From Acidobacteriota bacterium (GTDB lineage: Bacteria; Acidobacteriota; Terriglobia; 20CM-2-55-15): a DNA stretch of 64,000 nt. Below the pieces are notes generated by a model, which was given only the letters and a program-made list of their open reading frames with translations, was not told where the DNA came from and ran no database searches. A program made the position numbers and the translations under genes. The stretch lies in the NCBI GenBank assembly GCA_003223875.1, contig QHWY01000086.1, positions 33,233 to 97,232 of the forward strand. The letters are read 5' to 3'. Numbering within the stretch: the first letter of the stretch is position 1; each line of letters opens with the position of its first letter. Positions 47,495 through 57,781 of the stretch are shown here, one piece after another.

Positions 47495-49492
47495 ATGATC
47501 TCCATATCAGCGATTCGCCACTGCCTGCTTGGAGCCGCGGTGCTCGCGGGCGCAACAGTCCTTCATGCCCAAATTTCTCCGCTCACACCGGACATTCCTC
47601 CCAGGTTCGAAGTCCCGACTGAATCGTACGATTACGTCAAACGCGACGTCATGATCCCGATGCGCGACGGCGTCAAGCTCCATACCGTCGTTGTCGTACC
47701 GAAGGGTGCGAAGAACGCTCCGATGATCATGACTCGTACGCCATACAACGCAGCGCAGCGGACCGAGCGAGTTCGGTCGCCGCGCATGCTGGCCATTCTG
47801 CCGGAAGGCGACGAAGTATTTGCCGCTGACGGCTACATTCGCGTGTTTCAGGACGTCCGTGGCAAGTATGGATCGGAAGGCGAATACGTCATGACGCGGC
47901 CCTTGAGGGGGCCTCTCAACTCAAGCACCGTCGACCACTCAACCGATGCTTACGACACGATCGAGTGGCTCGTGAAAAATGTCCCGGAATCGAACGGCAA
48001 AGTCGGCATGCTGGGAAGCTCATATGAAGGCTTCACAGTGGTTATGGCGCTGGTCAATCCTCATCCTGCATTGAAAGTCGCGGCGCCGATGAGCCCGATG
48101 GTCGATGGCTGGATGGGAGACGATTGGTTCCATTTCGGCGCGTTCCGGCAGATCAATTTCGATTACTTCACCGATCAGACGACCGTCAAAGGCGAGGGCA
48201 ACCCGATCGTACGGCAAACGCGCGACGACTACGAAAACTTCCGCCGCGCCGGCTCCGCCGGAGATTTCGCACGCGCCGCAGGTCTCGATCAACTGCCATG
48301 GTGGGGCAAAATTTCAGAGCATCCCAGCTACGATATGTTCTGGCAGGCGCAAGCGCTCGACAAAACGATGGCCGCGCAGCCATTGAAGGTTCCCACGATG
48401 TGGATTCAAGGACTCTGGGATCAGGAAGACATGTGGGGCGCCATTCACTGCTATCTGGCGACGGAACCCAAGGATGGCGACAATTCAAAAAACTTCCTCG
48501 TTATGGGACCCTGGCGTCACAGTGGCGTGAACTACAGTGGGTCGACTTTGGGACCGCTGAAATGGGAAGGGGATACGGCGCTTCAGTTCCGGCGCGACGT
48601 GCTGAAACCATTTTTTGATCAGTATCTGAAAGATGGCGCGCCGAAAGCCGATACGCCGCCGGTGTTCATTTACAACACCGGCGAGAACCACTGGGACCGC
48701 TTCAAGTCGTGGCCGCAGGCGTGTGATCGAGGGTGCCCTGGGAAACCGAAGCCGCTTTATCTGACGGCGGGTTTCGGCCTCTCGTTCACCAGTCCCTCAG
48801 CTTCATCTGGATACGACGAGTACGTTTCGGATCCGGCAAAGCCGCTTCCGTATATTCCCCGTCCAGTTCGTGTTGGAGACTCGGATGCATGGAGACGCTG
48901 GCTGGTAACCGACCAACGTGCATTCGCCGATCGTACCGACGTTCTCACATACATGACACCTCCGCTTACCGCCCCGCTGCACATCGCCGGCGCGCCGATG
49001 GTGAACCTCGTCGCTTCGACAAGCGGTACGGATAGCGACTGGGTCGTGAAATTGATCGACGTCTATCTCGATGAGGTTACGAGTCAGGACGAAATGAGCG
49101 GGTATCAGTTGGGGATCGCGATGGACATCTTTCGCGGCCGGTATCGCGAAAGTTTCGAAAACCCGAAAGCGCTGACGCCGAATGTACCGCTGACATACAA
49201 ATTCGTTCTTCCTCACGCGAATCATGTGTTCCTGCCCGGCCACCGGGTGATGGTCCAAATTCAATCGAGCTGGTTCCCGCTCTACGATCGGAATCCGCAG
49301 ACCTTCGTGCCAAATATTTTCTTCGCGAAGCCCTCGGACTACGTCAAGGCAACGCAGCGCGTTTATCACACCAGTTTCATTGATTTGCCGGTTGTTCCAA
49401 ATTCCCCTCCTCGCAGAGGAGGGGTGGATGCGCCGACAGCCAGCAGGCTGACGGCGCAGACGGGGTGGTCAGAACGGCGAAATGACCATTGA
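47495..49492 (+). CDS. CocE/NonD family hydrolase (S15 X-Pro dipeptidyl-peptidase-like)
   Basis: Signal peptide. GYIRVFQDVRGKYGSEGEY and GMLGSSYEGF (GxSYxG nucleophile) motifs. The last about 30 codons are MITE-B sequence. The longest ORF starts at 47414. Confidence 0.8.
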   Translation: MISISAIRHCLLGAAVLAGATVLHAQISPLTPDIPPRFEVPTESYDYVKRDVMIPMRDGVKLHTVVVVPKGAKNAPMIMTRTPYNAAQRTERVRSPRMLAILPEGDEVFAADGYIRVFQDVRGKYGSEGEYVMTRPLRGPLNSSTVDHSTDAYDTIEWLVKNVPESNGKVGMLGSSYEGFTVVMALVNPHPALKVAAPMSPMVDGWMGDDWFHFGAFRQINFDYFTDQTTVKGEGNPIVRQTRDDYENFRRAGSAGDFARAAGLDQLPWWGKISEHPSYDMFWQAQALDKTMAAQPLKVPTMWIQGLWDQEDMWGAIHCYLATEPKDGDNSKNFLVMGPWRHSGVNYSGSTLGPLKWEGDTALQFRRDVLKPFFDQYLKDGAPKADTPPVFIYNTGENHWDRFKSWPQACDRGCPGKPKPLYLTAGFGLSFTSPSASSGYDEYVSDPAKPLPYIPRPVRVGDSDAWRRWLVTDQRAFADRTDVLTYMTPPLTAPLHIAGAPMVNLVASTSGTDSDWVVKLIDVYLDEVTSQDEMSGYQLGIAMDIFRGRYRESFENPKALTPNVPLTYKFVLPHANHVFLPGHRVMVQIQSSWFPLYDRNPQTFVPNIFFAKPSDYVKATQRVYHTSFIDLPVVPNSPPRRGGVDAPTASRLTAQTGWSERRNDH

Positions 49493-49541
49493 TTGAGGCT
49501 TCGCCCTATCGGGCTCGCGCTTCGCGCCCGGCGCGTCAGCT
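49401..49541. repeat. MITE family B copy (rearranged, lacks right terminal hairpin) overlapping the 3' end of the hydrolase gene
   Basis: ATTCCCCTCCTCGCAGAGGAGGGGTGGATGCGCC...GACGGGGTGGTCAG...GGCTTCGCCCTATCGGGCTCGCGCTTCGCG shares blocks with the 39672 copy. Confidence 0.6.
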
Positions 49542-49545
49542 TTGA

Positions 49546-50289
49546 CTACAGCGCGAAACGATTCAGGAACGAGAACCAAGTGGCGAGGCGAGAAAGGCTG
49601 CCAGTGACCATCAGCAAGCCCACTGCAATAACAAGAGCGCCGCTCGCAACTTCTACTGCGTGGAAATGCTTTTTGAAGCGGCCGTAAAAAGATAAGAATT
49701 TATTGAGAGCGAGGCTCGTTAACAAAAACGGAATTCCGAGGCCCGCGGAATAAACGGCCAACAGAAACATACCCTCTGTAACCGTCTGTTTGGTGCTGGC
49801 AATAGTCAGAATACCTGCCAAAATGGGACCAATGCATGGCGTCCAACCGAATGCGAAAGCCAGTCCTAGCACAAATGCGCCCGCAACCCCACGCGGTTTT
49901 TCGACGTTATGAAACCGTTTGTCCTGGTAGAGGGCATTGATCTTGACGATACCGAGCAAATGAATTCCAAATACGATGAGGATAAGTCCCGCAATCCTGC
50001 CCAATAATTGCATCCGTGAGACGAGGACCTGTCCGATCCATGTCGCCGAGGCGCCGAGTAGGATGAACGTGAGCGAAAACCCGGCGATGAACATGATCGA
50101 GTTCAACAAAACTGTCCGGAAAAGCGACACGTCCTTGTCCCGAGCCTTCAGCTGATCCAGCGAGGACCCCGAGATGATGGATATATAGCCGGGGACCAGA
50201 GGTAATACACACGGCGATAAAAAAGAAACCAGTCCGGCGGCAAAAGCCACCGCGATTTGACCTATTGCTCCGTAATCGGTAATGTCCAT
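49546..50289 (-). CDS. ccdA: Cytochrome c biogenesis protein CcdA (DsbD transmembrane-domain family)
   Basis: LSPCVLPLVPGYISIISG contains the conserved Cys in TM1, and a second Cys is in GWTPCIGPIL. 6 TM helices. Confidence 0.85.
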   Translation of the reverse strand: MDITDYGAIGQIAVAFAAGLVSFLSPCVLPLVPGYISIISGSSLDQLKARDKDVSLFRTVLLNSIMFIAGFSLTFILLGASATWIGQVLVSRMQLLGRIAGLILIVFGIHLLGIVKINALYQDKRFHNVEKPRGVAGAFVLGLAFAFGWTPCIGPILAGILTIASTKQTVTEGMFLLAVYSAGLGIPFLLTSLALNKFLSFYGRFKKHFHAVEVASGALVIAVGLLMVTGSLSRLATWFSFLNRFAL

Positions 50290-50361
50290 AAATCTGTAGC
50301 GGCGGTTTCTTTTAAGGCTGCGCGCTATCGCGCTTGCGCTTCGCGGACCGCCAATCTTCCT

Positions 50362-50390
50362 CCGGGGCGGTCATAGACCGCCCCTACAAT
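50362..50390. repeat. Fragment of MITE family A core
   Basis: GGGGCGGTCATAGACCGCCCCTACA matches the A-element core, with no flanking arms. Confidence 0.4.
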
Positions 50391-50969
50391 CTACCTCTGG
50401 ATGACTACATTTGCCGCCGGCACAGCCAGCTTCGTGAGGCTGCCGTCGGAGTCAATCGTAGCCTGCAGCTTCACTTCGCCGACCTCGAGATCGTAAGTTC
50501 GAGGTCCTGCCGTTCGTACTTTGGCTGCTCCCACTCTCAGGTCATGCGGCACAAAGACGGAAAACGAACTCTGCCCCGCCTGGACGCGATACAGCAAGAT
50601 CAAATAGTGATGGAAAAAATTGTTGTCGAGGATGACTCCACCTTCCGGAAATCTGAAATCGGCGGTCGACGTCTCTCCATTCACTGTCGACTTTACCTCG
50701 CTGACGGGCGGCGTCACTTTCACCTGGATGGATCCCTCGCGGCTCGAGGCTTGGTAGGAGGTTACGGCCAATTTCTCGTCCAATTCCATTTGACTGGAAA
50801 TCACGTCGGTGCCAATAGTTGTCTTACCTTCAACGAAGTACCCGGATCCGCGCTTGGTCACCGAGAACTCCTCAGTTCCCATCCTCTTCCCGTCTTTAAA
50901 AATGGTGAAGTGCCCCTGCTCGACCTTTACCGGGGTGAATAATAAAACCAGTGATAAAAAGACATTCAT
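50391..50969 (-). CDS. hypothetical secreted protein
   Basis: Signal peptide. Beta-rich, no motif recognised. Lies between aroK and ccdA on the same strand. Confidence 0.45.
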   Translation of the reverse strand: MNVFLSLVLLFTPVKVEQGHFTIFKDGKRMGTEEFSVTKRGSGYFVEGKTTIGTDVISSQMELDEKLAVTSYQASSREGSIQVKVTPPVSEVKSTVNGETSTADFRFPEGGVILDNNFFHHYLILLYRVQAGQSSFSVFVPHDLRVGAAKVRTAGPRTYDLEVGEVKLQATIDSDGSLTKLAVPAANVVIQR

Positions 50970-51469
50970 AATTTCCGAACGGCCTCTATGATCTCATCGG
51001 CGATCGTTTCGGGTGTCCCATTGTCGGTTGAGACATGCAGTTTCGCCAGCGCGTAATGCGGTTCCCGGCTTTGATATAGCCCTTCCGCCTGTTCTTTGCT
51101 GGTCAACTTCGGCCGTGTACCATCAATTTTCACACGATCGCCGACCTTGGCGAAAGACACTTTAAGCCAAACCGTCAAACCTGTGGTCTCCGCAAGCGCG
51201 CGGTTTTCCGGATCGAGAAACGCTCCACCCCCCAGCGCTATAACCGATTGTTTTAACGAGGAAACTTGCTTCAGTGAGTGGTGTTCGTGCTGCCTGAAAC
51301 GGGCTTCTCCGTTTTCGCGAAAAATATCAGCTACCGTACGCCGCGCCCGCCGCTCGATTTCCTCATCAAGGTCGATGAATTTCCATCCGAGCTTTTTCGC
51401 CAGGCGCCGCCCGACCGTGGTTTTTCCCGAGCCCATGAAGCCAACCAGATAAATGCGACTAACGGACAT
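50966..51469 (-). CDS. aroK: Shikimate kinase
   Basis: IYLVGFMGSGKTTVGRRLA P-loop. 167 aa. Confidence 0.9.
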   Translation of the reverse strand: MSVSRIYLVGFMGSGKTTVGRRLAKKLGWKFIDLDEEIERRARRTVADIFRENGEARFRQHEHHSLKQVSSLKQSVIALGGGAFLDPENRALAETTGLTVWLKVSFAKVGDRVKIDGTRPKLTSKEQAEGLYQSREPHYALAKLHVSTDNGTPETIADEIIEAVRKL

Positions 51470-52298
51470 TGTTGACGCTGACAGCCCCCTTGATATCTTC
51501 GACAGTAACCCTTCCCTTGCGATTCTCGATTCTTACGTCTCCTATGATGCCGCGGATGTCCACCGGACCGTAACGATTCGAGACCTGCTGGTTTCCTTCC
51601 AGGCCCTGAATACTGACCTTGCCATTGCGATTGTCGATTCGAATCGACGAGCGTTTCGGCACGTGCAGCTTTAACGAACTCTTAAATCGCTGCCTCGGAA
51701 TGTCTCGAAAGTCTACCGCATCGCGGTTCGAGACGATTCGGTATCCGGTGCGGCCCGGCTCGATTGAAAATGTGAAATCCTTCGAAAGATGCTCGGCTTC
51801 TTCTTTATTCGATGCACGAACGGTCTTCTTCACGTCCAGAACCACGCGATCGGAATCGGAAGCCCGTATCTCGACGTTGCCGGATCGATTGACAATTTCG
51901 ATGTTCGAATCCAAAGGAACCACGGCCTCCCGATGTTCGTCGAAGCTGAAATTATTGCCAGTGATGTCCCACAAATCGATTTCATCGATATCGAACATAT
52001 TCCCAAGATCGGAACTGATGTTTGCTGCCGTAGTCAACGCGCTTCCCCCAAAAACAACGAACAGGAGTACGGCTATTTCTGAGCGCGAAAATAACGCGCG
52101 GCTACCGTCTGCGTGTCGAAGCCGGCGATAATCGACAATTTTTAATGCTCCCCAACCGATGAGAAGGACGGGCCAGCCGCGTACGACATATCCCCAGATC
52201 GGAAGACCATGTCCCAGACCTTGTACCAGAAGCAGCATCCCAACGGCTGTCAAGGTTACGGCCCAATATATGGCTCCGGCGCCTGGATGGACCCTCAT
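51459..52298 (-). CDS. Membrane-anchored protein with DUF4097-like beta-strand repeats (putative adhesin/envelope-stress family)
   Basis: 2 N-terminal TM helices. Repeated G(N/D)V(E/D)IR...G.V.V motifs (VDIRGIIGDVRIENRKGRVTVEDIKGAVSV). Confidence 0.5.
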   Translation of the reverse strand: MRVHPGAGAIYWAVTLTAVGMLLLVQGLGHGLPIWGYVVRGWPVLLIGWGALKIVDYRRLRHADGSRALFSRSEIAVLLFVVFGGSALTTAANISSDLGNMFDIDEIDLWDITGNNFSFDEHREAVVPLDSNIEIVNRSGNVEIRASDSDRVVLDVKKTVRASNKEEAEHLSKDFTFSIEPGRTGYRIVSNRDAVDFRDIPRQRFKSSLKLHVPKRSSIRIDNRNGKVSIQGLEGNQQVSNRYGPVDIRGIIGDVRIENRKGRVTVEDIKGAVSVNNVR

Positions 52299-52323
52299 TT
52301 TGCGCTACCCAAGGAGGAAATTC

Positions 52324-52510
52324 GGGGTCAGACGGGTGAATTCCCTATTTTGGAACTGCAAAAATAGGGAATTCACCCGTCTGACCGGCTTTGCACAAAA
52401 AATACATCGTGGGCGCTCATAGAGCGCCCCTACAGTTTGCGCACCCCAAGCTGTATGGGCGGTCTATGACCGCCCAGGATTTTTTGTGCAAAGCCCGTCT
52501 GACCCCGAAT
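52324..52510. repeat. 28-bp perfect palindrome (GGGGTCAGACGGGTGAATTCCCTATTTT...AAAATAGGGAATTCACCCGTCTGACCCC) interrupted in its 3' arm by MITE-A
   Basis: Left arm 52324..52351, loop 52352..52359, right arm 52360..52386. The right arm resumes at 52496..52506 after the MITE. Confidence 0.6.
52388..52495 (-). repeat. MITE family A copy 4
   Basis: Full-length element with TSD cgtctgacc (52378..52386 and 52496..52504). Confidence 0.8.
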
Positions 52511-52555
52511 AAAAGTTTCAATTTATAGTGACCTTTCTGAGATAATCGCCCAGTT

Positions 52556-53530
52556 ATGAACCGGAAGTTATTGTTATTATTGATCTTGTCAGCAATTATA
52601 GCAGTTGCATTGTACCGTCTTATAGGACGGGATTTCGATTGGTCCTTGTTTATTACCAGTTTATGGAACGTTCAACCCGGTTGGCTGATGGCTTCCATTG
52701 CAGCGACGTTGCTGACATACGTTGTTCGCGCCTTTCGATGGAAAGTCTTGCTGAACCCTTTGAAATCCATCCGCGTGGGACCATTGATCAGCACAAACGT
52801 TTTGGGATTCTCCGCCATATACCTGATCGGACGAGCGGGAGAAGTCGTGCGGCCGCTCTGGCTCACGCGATGCGAACAGATTCCACTCACGGCATCGGTT
52901 GCGACCATCATCGTCGAGCGTTTCCTCGATACGCTGATGATCATCGCGCTGTTTGGATGGGCATTATTGGTGGTCAAGCTCCCTGCGGCGGCCGGGCACA
53001 CGGTAATGCTTATGAAAAACACCGCCTGGGTGATGGTCGCTGGATCCGTTGCCGCGATGCTTTTCTTGTTTTTCTTTCGAGCAAATGTGGAACGCATTGT
53101 CCGATACGTTCCCATCGCGCGGCTCGCCTCATTATTGAAAAGTTTCTCGGAAGGTTTGTCGTTTCTTGATCGCGGGCGCAGTTTCGGATTAGTCATCGCC
53201 CATTCCATTCTCGTCTGGATCGTCATCGTCCTGCAGTTTTGGTTCATGCTGCTTGGAATGAATTTTCGTCTTTCGATTTCAGCCGCAACTTTGGTCATGG
53301 TTGGAGCAGCCATCGGCTCTGTCGCGCAAGTCCCGGGCATCGGCGGAGGTTTTCAGGCCGGATATGTTTTCTGCATGACCACATTCTTCATTGTTCCCGC
53401 GGAGCAAGCAATCGCGACCTCGCTGGTCGCGTGGGTTTCCTGCTATGTTCCGACCGTTCTAGCGGGCGGACTCTACATGGTCTCTCAGGGTCTGTCGTTG
53501 AAAGATCTCCGAACAGTACCAGTAGAATAA
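52556..53530 (+). CDS. Flippase-like domain protein (lysylphosphatidylglycerol synthase TM-region family, UPF0104)
   Basis: N-terminal pattern [14 protein letters not shown]...[32 protein letters not shown] is characteristic. 8 TM helices. Confidence 0.65.
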   Translation: MNRKLLLLLILSAIIAVALYRLIGRDFDWSLFITSLWNVQPGWLMASIAATLLTYVVRAFRWKVLLNPLKSIRVGPLISTNVLGFSAIYLIGRAGEVVRPLWLTRCEQIPLTASVATIIVERFLDTLMIIALFGWALLVVKLPAAAGHTVMLMKNTAWVMVAGSVAAMLFLFFFRANVERIVRYVPIARLASLLKSFSEGLSFLDRGRSFGLVIAHSILVWIVIVLQFWFMLLGMNFRLSISAATLVMVGAAIGSVAQVPGIGGGFQAGYVFCMTTFFIVPAEQAIATSLVAWVSCYVPTVLAGGLYMVSQGLSLKDLRTVPVE

Positions 53531-53534
53531 AATA

Positions 53535-53993
53535 ATGAAATGTCCGTTCTGCGGTCATCTTCAGGATAAGGTGGTCGATTCGCGCGAAAGCAAGGAAGGC
53601 GACGCGATTCGCCGCCGCCGGCAATGCCTGGCGTGCCAGCGGCGTTTCACGAGCTACGAGCGCATCGACGAAATACCGTATATGGTAGTGAAGAAGGACG
53701 GACGACGCGAACGGTTCGACAGACAGAAGGTTTTGGCGGGTTTGCTGAAAGCCTGTGAGAAGCGCCCGGTCTCGATGGTCCAACTCGAAACGATTGCGGA
53801 CAAAGCTGAAGCGGTGGTTCAAGAATCGAGCGAACGCGAGATCACCACGCGGACCGTCGGCGAGATGATCATGAATGAACTCAAGAATCTCGATAAAGTG
53901 GCCTACGTTCGATTCGCATCAGTCTACTTGGACTTCAAAGATGTCCAGGAATTCATGACGGAGCTGAAAGATCTCCTGAAAAGCCGGGAATAG
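53535..53993 (+). CDS. nrdR: Transcriptional repressor NrdR
   Basis: [46 protein letters not shown] zinc-ribbon plus ATP-cone. 152 aa. Confidence 0.95.
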   Translation: MKCPFCGHLQDKVVDSRESKEGDAIRRRRQCLACQRRFTSYERIDEIPYMVVKKDGRRERFDRQKVLAGLLKACEKRPVSMVQLETIADKAEAVVQESSEREITTRTVGEMIMNELKNLDKVAYVRFASVYLDFKDVQEFMTELKDLLKSRE

Positions 53994-53999
53994 TTTCTC

Positions 54000-54362
54000 A
54001 TGTACTTCGAATTCGTTGCACAAGCGCGGGAAGGCGCAACCTGGAGCCCGACCGTCGACGTCTGCGAGCGGACCAGCGAAATCGTGATTGTCGTCGAAAT
54101 GCCCGGAGTGCATCGCGCCGATATCCAGTTGTCCTGGAACGACGGAATCCTAGTCATTTCGGGAGTGAAGCGCCAAACGCCCCCCGACTACGGTGTCGCG
54201 AAATACCTGTGCGTCGAACGCACATATGGGCACTTCCGTCGCGAAATTTCCGTCAACTTGCCAGTCGATTACAAGGAGGCAAAAGCAGAACTAAAAGACG
54301 GACTCATGAAAATCCACCTTCCCAAGTCTAAGCCAGAGGTAGTGAATATCCCGATCCTGTGA
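54000..54362 (+). CDS. Hsp20/alpha-crystallin family small heat-shock protein
   Basis: WSPTVDVCERTSEIVIVVEMPGV alpha-crystallin domain. 120 aa. Confidence 0.9.
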   Translation: MYFEFVAQAREGATWSPTVDVCERTSEIVIVVEMPGVHRADIQLSWNDGILVISGVKRQTPPDYGVAKYLCVERTYGHFRREISVNLPVDYKEAKAELKDGLMKIHLPKSKPEVVNIPIL

Positions 54363-54388
54363 AATTCGGGGGATTAGGCATATAGATT

Positions 54389-56824
54389 ATGAGCATGGAG
54401 CTGGTTAAAGCGGATCAAGGCCCTGAACAGCAACAAGTTAGTATCCCGGATGTTCTCCCGGTGTTGCCGCTTACCGACATCGTCGTCTTTCCTTACATGA
54501 TCGTGCCGTTATTTGTGAACCGCGAGCGCTCCACGAAAGCTGTAGATCAAGCTCTGTCGGAAAACCGGATGATCCTATTGGTATCGCAGAAAAACGCGAA
54601 TGTGGACGATCCGAAGGCAGAAGATTTGCACGACTTCGGGACCGTTTCCGTGATCATGCGCATGCTGAAGCTGCCAGACGGCCGTGTGCGAATCCTGGTT
54701 CAAGGCTTTTCACGCGCAAAAGTGGAATATTTCGACGATTCGAAGCCGTACATCACGGCTAAAGTCGAGCCGAAGACAGAGCCCCAAGTGGTTCCGAATT
54801 CGCCCGAATTCGAAGCACTCATACGGAACGTGAAGTCATCTCTCGAAAAAATGGTCTCTCTCGGTAAGAACATTTCTCCAGATCTCGTGGCTATCGCAAC
54901 GAATATCGACGATCCAGCCCGGCTGTCGGATCTGGTCGCTTCCAATCTCGATCTCAAAATCGATAAAGCGCAGGAGGTCCTCGAGCTGATGGATCCTGTG
55001 GCGCGACTGCGCCGCGTTCATGAATTGATGGCGAAAGAAATCGGAGTGCTCGAAATTCAGAACGACATCAACACTCAAGCTCGTGGCGAGATGGATAAAA
55101 GCCAGCGCGAGTTCTATCTTCGCCAGCAGATGAAAGCGATCCAACAGGAATTGGGTGAAGGAAACGAACTTCAGGAAGATATCGAGCAGTACCGAACCAA
55201 AATCAAAAAAGCCAAAATGCCGACCGAGGTGACCGAAGAAGCCGAGCGGCAGCTTGGACGGCTAGAGCGCATGCATCCGGATGCGGCGGAAACCGCCACA
55301 CTGCGCAATTATCTCGACTGGATGGTTTCGCTGCCTTGGTCGAAATCGACGAAAGACAATCTCGATCTGAAAAAGGCCCAGAAGATCCTCGACGAAGATC
55401 ATTACGGGCTCGAGAAAATCAAGGAGCGCATTGTCGAGCACCTCGCCGTACGCAAGCTGAAGAAAGACACGAAGGGCCCAATTCTCTGCTTTGTCGGCCC
55501 GCCTGGCGTCGGTAAAACCTCTCTCGGAAAATCCATCGCCCGAGCTTTGGGCCGCAAATTTGTTCGAATGAGTCTGGGCGGCGTTCACGACGAGGCGGAA
55601 ATCCGCGGACATCGTCGCACATACGTTGGCGCGATGCCGGGGCGGATCATCCAAAGCATTCATCAGGCAAGCACCAACAATCCAGTCTTCATGATGGACG
55701 AGGTCGATAAAATCGGTGCGGATTTTCGCGGCGATCCTTCATCGGCATTACTCGAAGTTCTCGACCCGGAGCAAAATTTCGCCTTCAGAGATAACTATCT
55801 CGGCGTGCCGTTCGACCTTTCAAACGTGATGTTCATTACGACAGCCAACATGCTGGATCCAATTCAGCCGGCGTTTCGCGATCGGATGGAGATCATCTAC
55901 CTCAGCGGCTACACGGAAGAGGAAAAAATCGAAATCGCCAAGCGACACCTGATTCCGAAACAAACCGCAGAGCATGGTCTAAAGAAAGATCAGATCCAAT
56001 TTAGCGACGAAGGACTGCGGGCCATCATCAATCTGTACACGCAGGAAGCGGGGTTACGGAATTTGGAGCGCGAAATCGCTGCCGTGTGCCGCAAGGTTGC
56101 CAAACAGGTTGCGATCGGGGAGAAGAAGAACCGAAAAATTCATACCGACAATTTGGATCAATTCCTTGGACGTCCGAAGATTTTTCAGGAAGAGCTGCTG
56201 AAACGTGATCAAGTTGGAGTCGCAACAGGCCTGGCCTGGACACCTGTCGGTGGGGATGTGCTATTTGTCGAAGCGACCGCAATGAAAGGTCGCGGGACTC
56301 TCACGCTTACAGGGCAACTCGGTGATGTCATGAAGGAATCGGCGCAAGCGGCGCTCAGTTACGCCCGCTCGCATACGAAAGAGTTCGGAATCAGCGACGA
56401 CTTCTTTTCGAAGCATGACATTCACGTGCACGTGCCCGAAGGGGCGATTCCCAAAGACGGGCCATCAGCGGGCGTCACGATGGCAACGGCCATCCTGTCG
56501 CTGCTGACCCAGAAAGCCGTCCATCGAAAAATCGCCATGACGGGCGAAATTACGTTGCGCGGCGAAGTGCTTCCCGTGGGCGGCATCAAAGAGAAAGTGC
56601 TGGCGGCGCGCCGCGCCAAAATCGACACAGTTATTCTGCCGTCATTGAACAAACGCGATCTCGAAGATATAAATGAGACGATCCGCAAGGAGATGAAATT
56701 CATCTTTGTCGATGACGTCAAGAGCGTCTTCAAAGCAGCCCTGCTCGAAAACAAGAAGCCTCTGAAAACCGCCGCGCGACGAAGCCCGCGCCGTCTGCCG
56801 AAGGGCGCTGAGGCCACGGTGTGA
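54389..56824 (+). CDS. lon: ATP-dependent Lon protease
   Basis: LON N-domain. Walker A GPPGVGKTSLGKSIA. Catalytic PKDGPSAGVTMATAILSLL (Ser) and K in the C-terminal domain. 811 aa. Confidence 0.97.
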   Translation: MSMELVKADQGPEQQQVSIPDVLPVLPLTDIVVFPYMIVPLFVNRERSTKAVDQALSENRMILLVSQKNANVDDPKAEDLHDFGTVSVIMRMLKLPDGRVRILVQGFSRAKVEYFDDSKPYITAKVEPKTEPQVVPNSPEFEALIRNVKSSLEKMVSLGKNISPDLVAIATNIDDPARLSDLVASNLDLKIDKAQEVLELMDPVARLRRVHELMAKEIGVLEIQNDINTQARGEMDKSQREFYLRQQMKAIQQELGEGNELQEDIEQYRTKIKKAKMPTEVTEEAERQLGRLERMHPDAAETATLRNYLDWMVSLPWSKSTKDNLDLKKAQKILDEDHYGLEKIKERIVEHLAVRKLKKDTKGPILCFVGPPGVGKTSLGKSIARALGRKFVRMSLGGVHDEAEIRGHRRTYVGAMPGRIIQSIHQASTNNPVFMMDEVDKIGADFRGDPSSALLEVLDPEQNFAFRDNYLGVPFDLSNVMFITTANMLDPIQPAFRDRMEIIYLSGYTEEEKIEIAKRHLIPKQTAEHGLKKDQIQFSDEGLRAIINLYTQEAGLRNLEREIAAVCRKVAKQVAIGEKKNRKIHTDNLDQFLGRPKIFQEELLKRDQVGVATGLAWTPVGGDVLFVEATAMKGRGTLTLTGQLGDVMKESAQAALSYARSHTKEFGISDDFFSKHDIHVHVPEGAIPKDGPSAGVTMATAILSLLTQKAVHRKIAMTGEITLRGEVLPVGGIKEKVLAARRAKIDTVILPSLNKRDLEDINETIRKEMKFIFVDDVKSVFKAALLENKKPLKTAARRSPRRLPKGAEATV

Positions 56825-57744
56825 AGCTCGAGGATCTCGGTGAAGGCGGCTTCATCCGAAAAATCCGCGAACGATTCAAAGCGGCGGTGGTTGTTCCAAT
56901 TGGTGACGACGCCGCCGTTTTTGATATTCCTTCCGGTCATTCTCTCGTGTTCTGCTCCGACCTGCTCGCCGAGAACAGTCATTTCATTCGTAATCTGCAT
57001 CCGCCGGATTCGATTGGCTACAAATCCGTCGCGGTCAATGTCAGCGATGTGGGCGCAATGGGAGGCACGCCGCTTCATTTCCTGATCTCATTTGCTGCGC
57101 CGGGCGATCTCGATGTCGCCTGGGTTGATTCTTTTTTCGACGGTGTCGCGAAAGCATGCGCGGACTTCGACATTTCCCTCATTGGCGGCGACTCGTCCTC
57201 CTCCGACCGGATCTTCCTTGATGTTTCGATGATTGGCACTGTTCCCTCGGGCAAAGCAGTTCGCCGCTCCGGCGCAAAGTCAGGGGATTCAATCTATGTT
57301 ACCGGACAACTCGGCGGTTCAGCTCTGGGCCTCGAATGCTTGAAATCCAGGGATCTGAAAAATCGGGCGGTTCGAAGGCATCTCTATCCCGAACCGCGTC
57401 ACAAAGTTGGTGCGGCGCTTCGGGAGCGAGTGCACGCGATGATCGATATCAGCGACGGACTTTCCACGGATCTCACCCATATCGTGGAGGAATCGAAGGT
57501 CTCCGCTCGCATCTACAAAGATCGGCTTCCGGGATGGCCTGATGCCGCGTCCAATCACATCCTGCATGGAGGGGAAGAATATGAATTGATCGCCGTCTCT
57601 TCGCAGGATCTCGCAGAGGTGGTGATGAATGTGCCTCTAAGACGGATCGGAGAAATCATCGACTCCGGATTCGAAAACCAAGTCTTCCTCATCGATGGCC
57701 CTCAGGAATCCGTCTTGAGTCCTCTCGGCTGGCAACATTTCTGA
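56821..57744 (+). CDS. thiL: Thiamine-monophosphate kinase
   Basis: GTG start overlapping the lon stop. AIRS-like fold motifs (IGDDAAVF, VAVNVSDVGAMGG, IGGDSS). 307 aa. Confidence 0.8.
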   Translation: MKLEDLGEGGFIRKIRERFKAAVVVPIGDDAAVFDIPSGHSLVFCSDLLAENSHFIRNLHPPDSIGYKSVAVNVSDVGAMGGTPLHFLISFAAPGDLDVAWVDSFFDGVAKACADFDISLIGGDSSSSDRIFLDVSMIGTVPSGKAVRRSGAKSGDSIYVTGQLGGSALGLECLKSRDLKNRAVRRHLYPEPRHKVGAALRERVHAMIDISDGLSTDLTHIVEESKVSARIYKDRLPGWPDAASNHILHGGEEYELIAVSSQDLAEVVMNVPLRRIGEIIDSGFENQVFLIDGPQESVLSPLGWQHF

Positions 57745-57752
57745 AAACAGAT

Positions 57753-57779
57753 TACCCTCTCCCTCTCTAGGAGAGGGTA
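57753..57779 (+). terminator. Stem-loop after thiL (TACCCTCTCC-ctctcta-GGAGAGGGTA)
   Basis: 10-bp stem with 7-nt loop, 9 bp after the thiL stop. Its 3' arm is duplicated as the TSD of the adjacent MITE-A. Confidence 0.4.
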
Positions 57780-57781
57780 GG

